Origin: Tubiluchus corallicola
Lineage: Eukaryota; Animalia; Priapulida
DNA length: 17,621 nucleotides
Assembly (NCBI GenBank): GCA_030141605.1
Contig: JAQGDQ010002021.1
Coordinates: forward strand, 1 to 17,621
Direction: 5' to 3'
Shown here: in pieces, positions 1 to 8,903 of the stretch
How positions within the stretch are numbered: the stretch's first letter is position 1
Layout: each line of letters opens with the position of its first letter
Notes under the pieces: model-generated
Databases searched by the model: none
Told to the model about the DNA's origin: nothing
The model's input: only the letters and a program-made list of their open reading frames with translations
Program-made: the position numbers and the translations under genes

Positions 1-1
1 C

Positions 2-982
2 AGCTTTTATTAGCTTTACAGAACATTTTTTGACACCATGCAGTTCATAATAATTTTGTAAAGCATGTGCGACATCTGCAGTGGCACCATATTCCTCTTG
101 AACATCATCAAGTGTTGCTTTGCATTTTCTATCAGTGATATTGATCAGATCACCGACATTATAAATTTTATCTGCAGTGGCTATAAGGGAAGCAGATGCT
201 TCTTTATTTATGCCATTACTGCACTTTTGTTCAATGGTAGTAACAGTAGAACCAAAATTACCATTAACAGGATTTTGGTCTTTGTGCAACACTTCATTCG
301 TACAGCTTTTGTTTTGAGCATTGCAGTCAACCAAATATACCTTGCACGATGACCCACTAACAGGGCCTTGCTCTTTATGTTTAACATCACTATTAGAACA
401 TTTGCTTTGAAGATCACAGGTCTTTTGAGTTTCGTTGTTTGTGATGTGTGGTACAGTATTGCAGTCCATTAAATCTACTTCGCACATAGTAACTGGCAGT
501 TCACACGGCTGTTTAGTAATGCCATTTGCGGAATGTGAAGCAGAACTGCAGTCCAACAACTGCACTTTACATGAAGTAATAGGTAGTTCACATAATTTTT
601 TAGTACTGCTGTTGGTGATATGTGGTGCCGCAGCTGTAATGTCACCATGGCTAACACCTAAATCAGTCACTACAGTACGTTTCTTGTTAGGCATAGCACC
701 AGAACCACATTCTGCCTCACTGATGTCTCTTTTCCTTTTATTATCATCATGTCTGTCGTGGCTATATGCTTTCAGTTCAGTCGTAAAATCGCGGATATAT
801 ACATACAAATTATTCTGATCTTTGGCCATCTTGTCCCAAGTTTTTAGAAGAAACTGTTTAAAATCTTCAGAGCTAGTATAAAATGATGATGCGTTTTTAA
901 ATCGTTTTCGCATAAATGAAATTACTGAGGGATTTTTTATCAGCGAAGAACAGTAAGCGAGAAAGTTTTCAAATAACTCCAT
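2..982 (-). CDS. Daxx: Daxx-like protein, 5' part of a large coding exon: Daxx N-terminal helical bundle, basic NLS-like segment and a Cys-containing repeat region; runs off the window
   Basis: Manual translation from ATG 982 (context GCAGACATGG) gives 327 codons with no stop to the window edge. It begins MELFENFLAYCSSLIKNPSVISFMRKRFKNASSFYTSSEDFKQFLLKTWDKMAKDQNNLYVYIRDFTTELKAYS. This aligns by eye to the human DAXX helical bundle as I recall it (KLFEEFLELC...HPEVVPFL...ASAEF...KLYVYINELCTVLKAHS). KRKR-x14-KKR follows. A polypyrimidine/AG acceptor (ttttattttattttag) ends at 1029. The histone-binding domain is not in the window, so orthology is unproven. Confidence 0.82.
   Translation of the reverse strand, partial: MELFENFLAYCSSLIKNPSVISFMRKRFKNASSFYTSSEDFKQFLLKTWDKMAKDQNNLYVYIRDFTTELKAYSHDRHDDNKRKRDISEAECGSGAMPNKKRTVVTDLGVSHGDITAAAPHITNSSTKKLCELPITSCKVQLLDCSSASHSANGITKQPCELPVTMCEVDLMDCNTVPHITNNETQKTCDLQSKCSNSDVKHKEQGPVSGSSCKVYLVDCNAQNKSCTNEVLHKDQNPVNGNFGSTVTTIEQKCSNGINKEASASLIATADKIYNVGDLINITDRKCKATLDDVQEEYGATADVAHALQNYYELHGVKKCSVKLIKA
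410..628 (-). repeat. Coding tandem repeat in the Daxx-like ORF: 87-nt / 29-aa unit, about 2.5 copies
   Basis: APHITNSSTKKLCELPITSCKVQLLDCSS (628-542), ASHSANGITKQPCELPVTMCEVDLMDCNT (541-455) and partial VPHITNNETQKTCDL (454-410). Confidence 0.85.
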
Positions 983-1512
983 GTCTGCTTTTAGTCGGCT
1001 TCACCTTAGAATATGTCTTTTGAGCATCCTAAAATAAAATAAAACATTATATTGTTTTTATAGATACACATTTTTATATATTTATATGTGCGTAGTTGCT
1101 TAATAAATGTAAAGTAGTAACTGACTTTAGGCCTATTATTTGTAATTGTGAGTCATGGGATATTGGCTGATTATTGGACAGTATGAGAGATCCTAAAGAG
1201 GTGTACTCTAAATAGTCCTGATTTTGAAAAAAGTTCATAAGAATGATTTGCTTATTGCAACAATTTTAATCTCTAGGAATTCTTGCACAGTTTGGCTTAC
1301 AAATCCATGTTTCAATTAAAGTGACTCATTGGTGGGCCATGCAACCTGATTAACCCTTACACTACGTAGTTGCTTTTCAAATGGTCCACATTGACGTTTG
1401 CACATTTGACAATAACTTCTTGTGGTATGTTACTAAAACAGATTCTGTAAATAAAAAATGGTTGTTCATTATTGAGTAATAATATTAAATATCAGTTTTA
1501 TTTTTATACATG

Positions 1513-1562
1513 CACACACATACGGGCTCTCACACAGACGCATACACACACGCACACACACA
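1513..1562. repeat. Imperfect (CA)n microsatellite
   Basis: cacacacatac...cacacagacgcatacacacacgcacacacaca. Confidence 0.75.
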
Positions 1563-2716
1563 ATTTTCATTCAAAATGCAATAATCCATAATATGCAATC
1601 ATTTTACAAGAATGCAGAACAATCAACTAAACATACATTTCATCAATGATCTACAAGTGATTTTGAGTGAGAACATACCATACAGTACAGGTTTTTTCTT
1701 TTTCTTTTTCCTTGTTTTTTCTTTTATTCCTTTGTGAATTATGAGAACGTTCTGGCAAAGAATTTGTACGTCTTGTGCTTTGTATGTCTTTCCAAAGTAT
1801 CCATGTATTCGGATAGTTGCATATTCCATTTTATTTTAAAATTAAGTAATTTTATTTTTAGATTTTAGTGCATAGTTTTAATGTCTTGTATATTTTACAT
1901 AGTATTTGTGTATTTTAATATGGACTTAAGATGGTGTAAAAATAAAAATTGTTCCATTGAAAACTTCATTTTGTATCATTTTCATTCCTCATGCCTCTTT
2001 ACTTACTTTGTAAAAATACTGAGACTGGTAATATGCATATTTGCCTACTACTAGTGGACCACAACATTTTCTTCAGAAAACCTATTAGGTCGTGGACCAA
2101 ACTCGGTTAAGATCCACTGTCTTCATAAAAATCGAAGAAATGCTTGCCTAGATACTTGACTAAGATATTTGTAAATCTATTATTTTCATCATTTGCATGA
2201 AACACAAAAGCAGCATAACTGTTGCATGCAGCTGTCAGACCAAGAGCCTTGAAAAGATTATTATCCATACCAATCCAGAAAATAGAATTTTAATTGATTA
2301 ATTAGATTTCATGGTAATTTTTTTTCTTCTACAGTTCTTAGGCAGTGAAAAGAACATGTTTACAACAGAGAAGATGAATGTTTTTATTTTTGCAATTTTG
2401 TGCCTCTGGAGATCTATGCAATCTGCTGATTGTCATGAGCTTTTCAATTTTGCTGCCTTTATTTTTTTTTGATCAAAAAGCAAAAGCAAAAAGAAACAAT
2501 TTTAACACAGTACATTCATGTTACTGTGTTGCTAGAACTTGGATGTTTTTTGATACTCTTATCCTTAACCTGCAGTTGGTGTGTGGTTAGATGCACTCTA
2601 ATAACAAAAACTATGATGTGCAAATAAAAATTATCAATTATCCTAAGTGAACAAACAAGAAAACTTTATTGCATTCATGTTGCTATGGTAACTGTCATCA
2701 AAAGAATACTCACAAC

Positions 2717-3762
2717 TAGGGCTGTCACGTTTATTAAATTTAGTAAACATTTACATGATATTTACTAAACAAAACGGTTGCATTTACATGCTGTAGCTGT
2801 CAGTATACTATTAAACATAAAATTAGCAGGAGATGTCTATGAATTTTGCGCGAGTGGTCTTGACGTAATAATTTCCAGGTGCATAAATTATACTACTAGT
2901 AATGAAGGTGTTGGTAAATGTGTAGGTTCTTGTATATGCTGTTAAACACAGACAATACTATTAACTTAATGCATTTTTTGATAGTGTGCCTTTAATGTGT
3001 TGCACAGTTGGTGACACTAAACAACAACTCTACCAATGATTATGAAATGAAGCCATAAATTTCCATTAATTTTTACCTGCGTAATTTGTTTAGAATCGCG
3101 CATCGCAAAAGATCACTTCTCAAACAAGGCTTTGAAACCCAATTCGCATAAATCTAGCTTACATTTTTCCTGTTTACAGTACTATACAAAGTATGCTTGT
3201 GGGCAGAAATATGAACTGCATGCCTCCTCATGCAAAATGGTCTAGTTTGGAATATAATTTCTAGATGCCTTAATTAATTTTGCTGCTGCTAGATGCTTTA
3301 GTTTTTAATTCGCGTTGTTCTTTTGACATTACATTCAAGACTAATATATAGATGAGAAAGGTTATCAGCAGTGATTAATTATACTGTGACAACCTTGGAA
3401 GACCAAAAAAAAGCAGTCTGGCTGACGGCTGGCCAGTCTGCCGCTACTTGTCAGCAACTTGGAATATTCAAAACTAGTAGTTTAACCCTTCAATTCTAGG
3501 ATTAAATAAATAATGCTTACACCACTCACTAATGTCTAGTAGATGAAAGTACATATTAATAGAAATAAATAAACGTAGTAAATCAGTGTACATTCTCGGG
3601 GATGATTGTCTTGTTAAAGAAAAAAAGTTTATCAGCTATTGTTAGGTCATGTCAGAAGCAAAGCAATGTAAAGGCAACCGTTTATTGTTTACAAAAATCA
3701 CTAAACGTTTAGAGTGACTAAACGAAATGTTTCCATTTACACATGTTAACGTGACAGCCCTA
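2717..3762. mobile_element. Non-autonomous hAT-superfamily DNA transposon, 1046 bp
   Basis: Perfect 15-bp TIRs: TAGGGCTGTCACGTT (2717-2731) and AACGTGACAGCCCTA (3748-3762). Perfect 8-bp TSD CTCACAAC at 2709-2716 and 3763-3770. Subterminal inverted repeat: taaacaaaacggttgcatttacatgct (~2766-2792) versus agcaatgtaaaggcaaccgtttattgttta (~3662-3691). TAGGG-starting TIRs with an 8-bp TSD are characteristic of hAT elements. No transposase ORF. Confidence 0.93.
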
Positions 3763-3767
3763 CTCAC

Positions 3768-3818
3768 AACTGTTGACAAAATTTTCTTTGTGTCTGGAGT
3801 GCCATTAAAAGCTAGTCC
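3768..3818 (-). other. Candidate 51-nt upstream exon of the Daxx-like gene (5' UTR or coding)
   Basis: On the - strand: pyrimidine-rich acceptor tcttcttttttggactttacgctttttactacag, 51-nt exon, then donor gtt|GTGAGTA. It lies between the putative promoter and the acceptor at 1029. No transcript evidence. Confidence 0.5.
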
Positions 3819-4009
3819 CTGTAGTAAAAAGCGTAAAGTCCAAAAAAGAAGACTTGGTCTTTTTTGCATCAACTATCTCCTCCTGTTGTAGAGAATTTGC
3901 AAGGCACCATTCACAGATTCTTCTTCTTATTTTTTTCATTTGTTTGTTGGTTTGCAAAACAGCCAAATCTAGTTCTTTTTTTTTTCAACAATTTTAAAAC
4001 AGAACAGAA

Positions 4010-4130
4010 GCTGACAAGCTACTAGCATAGCACTGTCAAAGACTAGTGTTTGCTGAACTAGCTGTTGCCTTAAAACAAATTTCTTACCTAGAAATTTAGA
4101 ATTCTGTCTGCCAAAAGTTTATAGATGTGT
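4010..4130 (-). repeat. Degenerate copy D of a ~140-bp local repeat family
   Basis: gctgacaagctactagcatagcactgtc...ttacctag...tttagaattctgtctgccaa matches the reverse complement of copy B (5254-5398). Confidence 0.6.
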
Positions 4131-4292
4131 TTTAAGAGCAGACAATTTATAGATTATAACTGTGCATAAACTAGTATATTGTGTAAATATTGTAATTTTT
4201 AGGACCTAAAGTATTAAATACTTATATCCAAGGTGACTAATTATTATTACCTACGTTACTTTGTGAACCCACGTTCTTGGATGAATATAAAA

Positions 4293-4386
4293 CAGCTGTA
4301 TCATTTTTTCATGTCTTTGGTATGACGTGGCTATGAGTGAACTTACGACATCCCAATGGGAAGCATGCACGCTACTACTAAGCTGC
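4293..4386 (-). mobile_element. Degenerate tRNA-derived SINE head
   Basis: The - strand reads gcagcttagtagtagcgtg (A-box-like), then gtaagttcactc (decayed B-box), then cgtcataccaaagacatgaaaaaatgatac. I recall the last motif from invertebrate tRNA-SINEs; not verified against a library. Confidence 0.55.
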
Positions 4387-4390
4387 AAAA

Positions 4391-4500
4391 GGGGCCAGTT
4401 TCATAAAGCCATCACTAAATTAGTGATGTCGTTATTACATTCACTTAACTATTAATAACGACGTTGTTAAGTTAACAACAGCTTTGTGAAACTGGGCACA
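4391..4500. mobile_element. ~110-bp palindromic MITE (possibly PIF/Harbinger-like)
   Basis: Terminal inverted repeats gccagtttcataaagc and gctttgtgaaactggg. Internal palindromes catcactaaattagtgatg and gttgttaagttaacaac, plus the inverted pair gtcgttatta / taataacgac. No clean TSD seen, so the superfamily is tentative. Confidence 0.65.
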
Positions 4501-5057
4501 GGTTCCGTTCCAAGTTTCGTGATAATAATTGACTGTAGAGTGTGCCTTTACTATTCATAGCATCTGATCTTACAGTTTATGCACACACATCTAAAGCTCT
4601 ATTCTAAGTAAGAAAATAACTTTACACATAGCCTATTGTAATTTATTTCGGTTTATGTAGTATTGAACGTGTATTGCTTTGCCACTGTACATTGTATGTA
4701 TTTGTGCACATAAAGCTGAATTGAATTGAATAAGCCATAAGGTAAAAATAATGCGAGTTAGCCACCCACAATGTTAAAATGGGATATGGGTGGGTATCGA
4801 ACAATATTCTACAATGTACTATAGGCCTATTTCGAAAAAACGCATGCTGCACATGCAGTCCTGCACTAATTATTAATGAAATATTAAAGGAAATGGCATG
4901 AAACTTATATGCACGTCAGGTCATTAAATTGTTAAAACGCAGTAAACGTACACAAAAAAGGAAAAAACTGCCGCGAATTTTTGTACATGACTACAAGAAA
5001 GTACGATTTATGCGATTAATATAATTGCATAATAACACAGCTCCCACTGAACCATGT

Positions 5058-5174
5058 CATCATCATCATCATCATCATAATGCCCGTTACGTCAATTGTA
5101 GATATTGGGCAGGCAGAATTCTAAACTAAAATAGCGCCCTCAAGACAGGTAAATACAGCAAAAAAACTGACATG
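5058..5174 (+). repeat. Copy A of the local repeat family, with a (CAT)7 microsatellite
   Basis: (CAT)7 at 5058-5078, then gcccgttacgtcaattgtagatattgggcaggcagaattctaaa...gacaggtaaatacagc; a close match to copy B. Confidence 0.85.
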
Positions 5175-5253
5175 TATTCCAGTAAACGCTCGATCACTAA
5201 TTTTCATCTAAATTAAAGTATTTTGTCTAAAATACTCGCCTGCGAAGTCTCAA

Positions 5254-5398
5254 CATCATCATACGCCCGTCACGTCTATTGTAGACATTGGGCAGGCAGA
5301 ATTCTAAAATAAAATAAATCAGCCTTCAGACAGGTAAGCGCAGCAGTAATCCAGCAAAAAAAAACTAGACACTGCTACGCCAGTGGCTTGTCAGCACC
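5254..5398 (+). repeat. Copy B of the local repeat family
   Basis: catcatcatacgcccgtcacgtctattgtagacattgggcaggcagaattctaaa...gacaggtaagcgcagc...ctagacactgctacgccagtggcttgtcagcacc. Confidence 0.85.
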
Positions 5399-5864
5399 AC
5401 TTCCGTTCTTGTGACAAACTTCGTCCAGTGCGAAGCTCGACTCTTGAACTGTTAATGAGCAATAGCGACACACTTTACAAAATAACGACATGCATACATG
5501 GTGTAATTCCTGCGATCCTTTACGACCTACTCTTCGTGCTCAGGCTTGCTGAAGAATGATTGCTGGTCTCTGTGTATGCATTGTAATTACTATATCAGTT
5601 CTTTCGGAATTAATACACACCCCAGAATTTTTCTAACTTGTCAGTATTGTTAATGCATTTGTGCTAATGTAGTTGTATATTTAATCTTTAGAGATAAATA
5701 AATTTTAAATCAAATCAATCTTTAAAAACTCGTAAGATAATATCAATAAATTCTGTGTTGTAGATTGGATTACAATGGATTATGCCCCAATTATTATTTT
5801 CAACAAGTTGCATTAACCCTATTTTTATTATTCGCGAGTTTATAGATGTTTTTATATTTTCCAG

Positions 5865-5906
5865 GTGTTCTTTCCGGATGTTGAACGTGCGGAATGGTTA
5901 AACAAG
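5865..5906 (+). CDS. Esyt2: Extended synaptotagmin exon (start of SMP domain): VFFPDVERAEWLNK
   Basis: Hallmark E-Syt motif FPDxERAEWLNK. Acceptor ttttccag; 42 nt; phase 0-0; non-canonical donor AAG|GCAAGA. Confidence 0.95.
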
Positions 5907-6474
5907 GCAAGAATTTATTTTACTTTTCACTAAAACGTTCCATTGCTGTTTTTTTTAAATTTTGTGACTGCAGTGCATAACATAAATTGTATAGTTAGTC
6001 TCTGTGAAGTGCATTTATTACTTACTCATAAAATTTTATTGTGTTTGTTCTCCTGTTTTGTGGCAACTGGACTTTGCCTTGCCTTTGTTTTGTCAGAGCA
6101 TAATATGTTTTTGTGACTACGGTCTTTCATTGATATCGCCAAGCACAACTAGTCAACCCATTTAAAAATTACAACACTTTCAGATAACTTTTGTCTGTGT
6201 TTGATTTAGCTTGCGATTGTTTTCCAAAAGTGTAAAGGGCTTATTATGTACATAGGTTAAACTTTTTGAGTGGAGTTCAACCTGCTGAAATATTAAATTT
6301 GTTGCCAGATCAAATGGTAACAGGATCTACACAAAAAGTTGTATTGAATGTAACTGTAAAATCAAAACTATTTTTAGCGACTTTTTTACTTCAATCTGAT
6401 TTGAAAGATTTCTGTGGTCTAAAAATGAACAGTTTACAGTTGTATCTATGATGCGTAGAAATAGACATATCAAA

Positions 6475-6620
6475 AGTACTGACGTGCCACTGGCACAGCA
6501 TTGTCTAGTGTCTGCTAGATTTTCTGCTGTATTTACCTATCTTGGGGACAGATTTTGTTATTTTGAAATTCTGCCTACCCAATGGCTGTCACAGATGTAT
6601 TGAGTGATTGTGATAATGAC
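6475..6620 (-). repeat. Inverted copy C of the local repeat family
   Basis: Reverse complement reads cattgggtaggcagaatttcaaaataacaaaatctgtccccaagataggtaaatacagcag...ctagacaatgctgtgccagtggcacgtcagtact, colinear with copies A and B. Confidence 0.8.
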
Positions 6621-7218
6621 TATGTTGTTAGATAGTCTGCCAAATGCAAAGCCCAAATGCCAAATGGATTTATCTTGGTCAAATTTTGTTTTCAAAAATT
6701 AAGAAAACTTTGATTTGTTCAACTAATTGTCTTGAAATTAAGATGATAAATCATGATATGTAGTAGTTGGGAATGTGTTTCGGTTATAGTAGCTTTTGGC
6801 TAATGTTGTCTATTGTCCCAGTGCAAAAAGTGTCTTTGTACTTTTTTTGCAGTAGTTGATTCATTCCTATGCACATCTACCATGTGCGCTGTAACTGTAT
6901 AGTGAAAAACTTTAACATATTTGAAAATGTAACTTAAGATTCTTTCTGCTTAAATATAGATGCATTCGATCAATAGAATATTATGTGTGTGACCTATTGA
7001 AATTCATACTATAGCTATTTTTATATTTTTATATATAGCCATTGAGTGGGAATTTGTTTATTTGTTTTCAAATCTTTCATTGTAATGGTCAGCATTTATT
7101 AGAACTCACAGTCTAGAGAATGGCCATAATTTTAAGCAGCTTGTATGTTTTGCTTATTGTGAAATATGAGAAATTTCATTAAAATGAAAGAAGTTATACA
7201 GTGAATTTTATATTTTAG

Positions 7219-7356
7219 ATGATGTTGCAATTGTGGCCATACATCGGAGATTTTGCTACAAAGATTATGAAAGAAGTGGTGGAACCGAGCGTTCGGGAGA
7301 ACTTGCCACCAACCCTGCGAGCATTTGCATTTGAGAAAATTGATTTAGGAGATATT
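7219..7356 (+). CDS. Esyt2: E-Syt exon (SMP): MMLQLWPYIGDFATKIMKEVVEPSVRENLPPTLRAFAFEKIDLGDI
   Basis: tattttag acceptor, gtaagt donor, 138 nt, phase 0-0. SMP motifs LWPY, VEP and F.F.KIDLG. Confidence 0.96.
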
Positions 7357-7803
7357 GTAAGTATAATGATCGCCCATTCATATCATGTTTAACATCTGAG
7401 TAAACATTTTAGATCATTCTTTTAAAATTTTATGGACTTTATAAGAAGTGATGTGAAGCTTCAGTGATTTGTTCAACTGTTTTAGTGATGAAGTAGTTCT
7501 AATTTGTTGCCAAAATAACACAGTTTTAAACAATGACAAGATCACATATTAAAATGTTATATTTATTAGCGATTAGTCTGCACAAACATTGGTTTTTTAT
7601 ACCCTTTTTTCAACAGCTAAATATCAAATCACCAAAATTATGATTATTGCTGTTCTGTATTTATTCAAGCATATTTTTGGCTGGTAACACTTGTAAGAAC
7701 TTTTGCTTCTCTTATTATGTCACCTAGATACAAATGACAGTGTTCTCTTCAGAGCTGTTCTTCGTTCATATTGATGTTATGGTAAAAAACTTTTTTGTTT
7801 TAG

Positions 7804-7880
7804 GCACCTAGGGTTGGTGGCATTAAACTGTATAAAGAACATGTCCATAGAGATGAAATCATAATGGACATGGAAATATT
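7804..7880 (+). CDS. Esyt2: E-Syt exon (SMP): APRVGGIKLYKEHVHRDEIIMDMEI(F)
   Basis: ttttgttttag acceptor, gtaagt donor, 77 nt, phase 0-2. PRVGGIK and RDEIIMD motifs. Confidence 0.96.
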
Positions 7881-8073
7881 GTAAGTATGCAAATGAAGCT
7901 TTGGGTGTGTGTAAGTTGCTGTACACTTTTGTTTAAAGTGTACAGGTATTTGTAAATGTAAAAAAACAGCATTCCCTATTCATATTCGATTGTCTATAAT
8001 TTAATTAATGTGTATTATTTTATAAAAAAGTTAATTTCAATTATTTTAAATGTGACATTTTCTGTTGCTATAG

Positions 8074-8230
8074 TTATGCGGGTGACATGAATATCAAGGT
8101 TGCAGTGAGCAGGATGAGAGTTGGCTGTAAGAATATAACAATGCACGGAACAATGCGAGTCGTCATGAAACCACTCATTAGTGTCTCTCCACTGGTTGGT
8201 GCTGTAACCGTTTATTTCCTCAACAATCCT
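8074..8230 (+). CDS. Esyt2: E-Syt exon (SMP): YAGDMNIKVAVSRMRVGCKNITMHGTMRVVMKPLISVSPLVGAVTVYFLNNP
   Basis: gctatag acceptor, gtaagt donor, 157 nt, phase 2-0. YAGD, HGTMRVVMKPL, PLVG and FLNNP motifs. Confidence 0.96.
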
Positions 8231-8903
8231 GTAAGTACACTGTGAAAAGCCTCAGATGTTATTGTCTATTATTTTAAAAATAGCTTTATTTTTCAGCAAA
8301 ACACTGTTGACATGCGATATTTTTTCAAACTGTCTTTTTAGATCAGAATGAATGGGTAGCTTGAGTAGACCCTTTGATTTCCATATCAAACTTTTCAGTT
8401 TTCTGGGTCCATTGGTCAACTGTTTCCACCTAGTTTAGGCTGGCCATTCAAGTGATCATTAGTAAATCTTACAGAGAAAAAGCTGAAAAAACCTGTCAGC
8501 AAAGAAAGTGCAAATATAAACGTGACATTTTTGTACACCACTGTGTATTCTTCAAGTGATAGAAACAAAAAAGCGAAAACGCAAAAAATCACTGATTACT
8601 ATCTTCTTTTGGATCTCACTCTGTAATATAGAAGAGAAGTACTTCCTTGCTACTGAACTGGTGCTCATAATGTTGTGCTACTTTAGTGATATTTTGCTCT
8701 TTATAATGTTTATAATGTGCTATAAATTTTAGGATTCAAAAAATGTTCAGTGTTTTTTTTGTACTGTTTTTTTTCTTTTCCAACAAAAGATTACATCACG
8801 GTAGTTGTATTTAAACTTTATAATTTTTTTTGCACGATTCCTTGTTAAAAGTACCCATTTTTGTCATTAAGAATTTTTAGTTTTGAGTTTAACCATCTTT
8901 CAG

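Larger units (their letters stand above)
4950..5540. promoter_or_regulatory. CpG-enriched putative promoter region, probably of the - strand Daxx-like gene
   Basis: CpG dinucleotides are visibly denser here than in the rest of the window (judged by eye). An ETS-type motif CACTTCCG lies at 5398-5405 (CGGAAGTG on -). A - strand GC-type donor CAG|GCGAGT at 5240/5239 could end a first exon. Confidence 0.45.

Noticed and set aside
65-818. Track ORFs 65..352 (+), 435..818 (+), 208..417 (-) and 475..657 (-)
   Set aside because: Antisense or off-frame shadows of the Daxx-like ORF (982 to the edge), which the track omitted because it has no stop in the window.
3642-3872. 76-aa - strand ORF as a standalone gene
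   Set aside because: It strings together an acceptor tract, the 51-nt candidate exon and the end of the hAT element; no protein resemblance.
5058-5078. (GAT)n on the - strand as the acidic tract of a Daxx N-terminal SIM
   Set aside because: An in-frame TGA lies just upstream, with no ATG or hydrophobic SIM core, and the tract belongs to repeat copy A.
5058-5398. Repeat copies as spliced-leader RNA genes
   Set aside because: Donor-like sites are present, but the downstream sequence is A-rich with no U-rich Sm site, and the copies are too diverged for an SL array.
5897-5902. GT at 5897 as a canonical donor for the 42-nt exon
   Set aside because: It would cut the conserved WLNK motif and break the frame with exon 7219.
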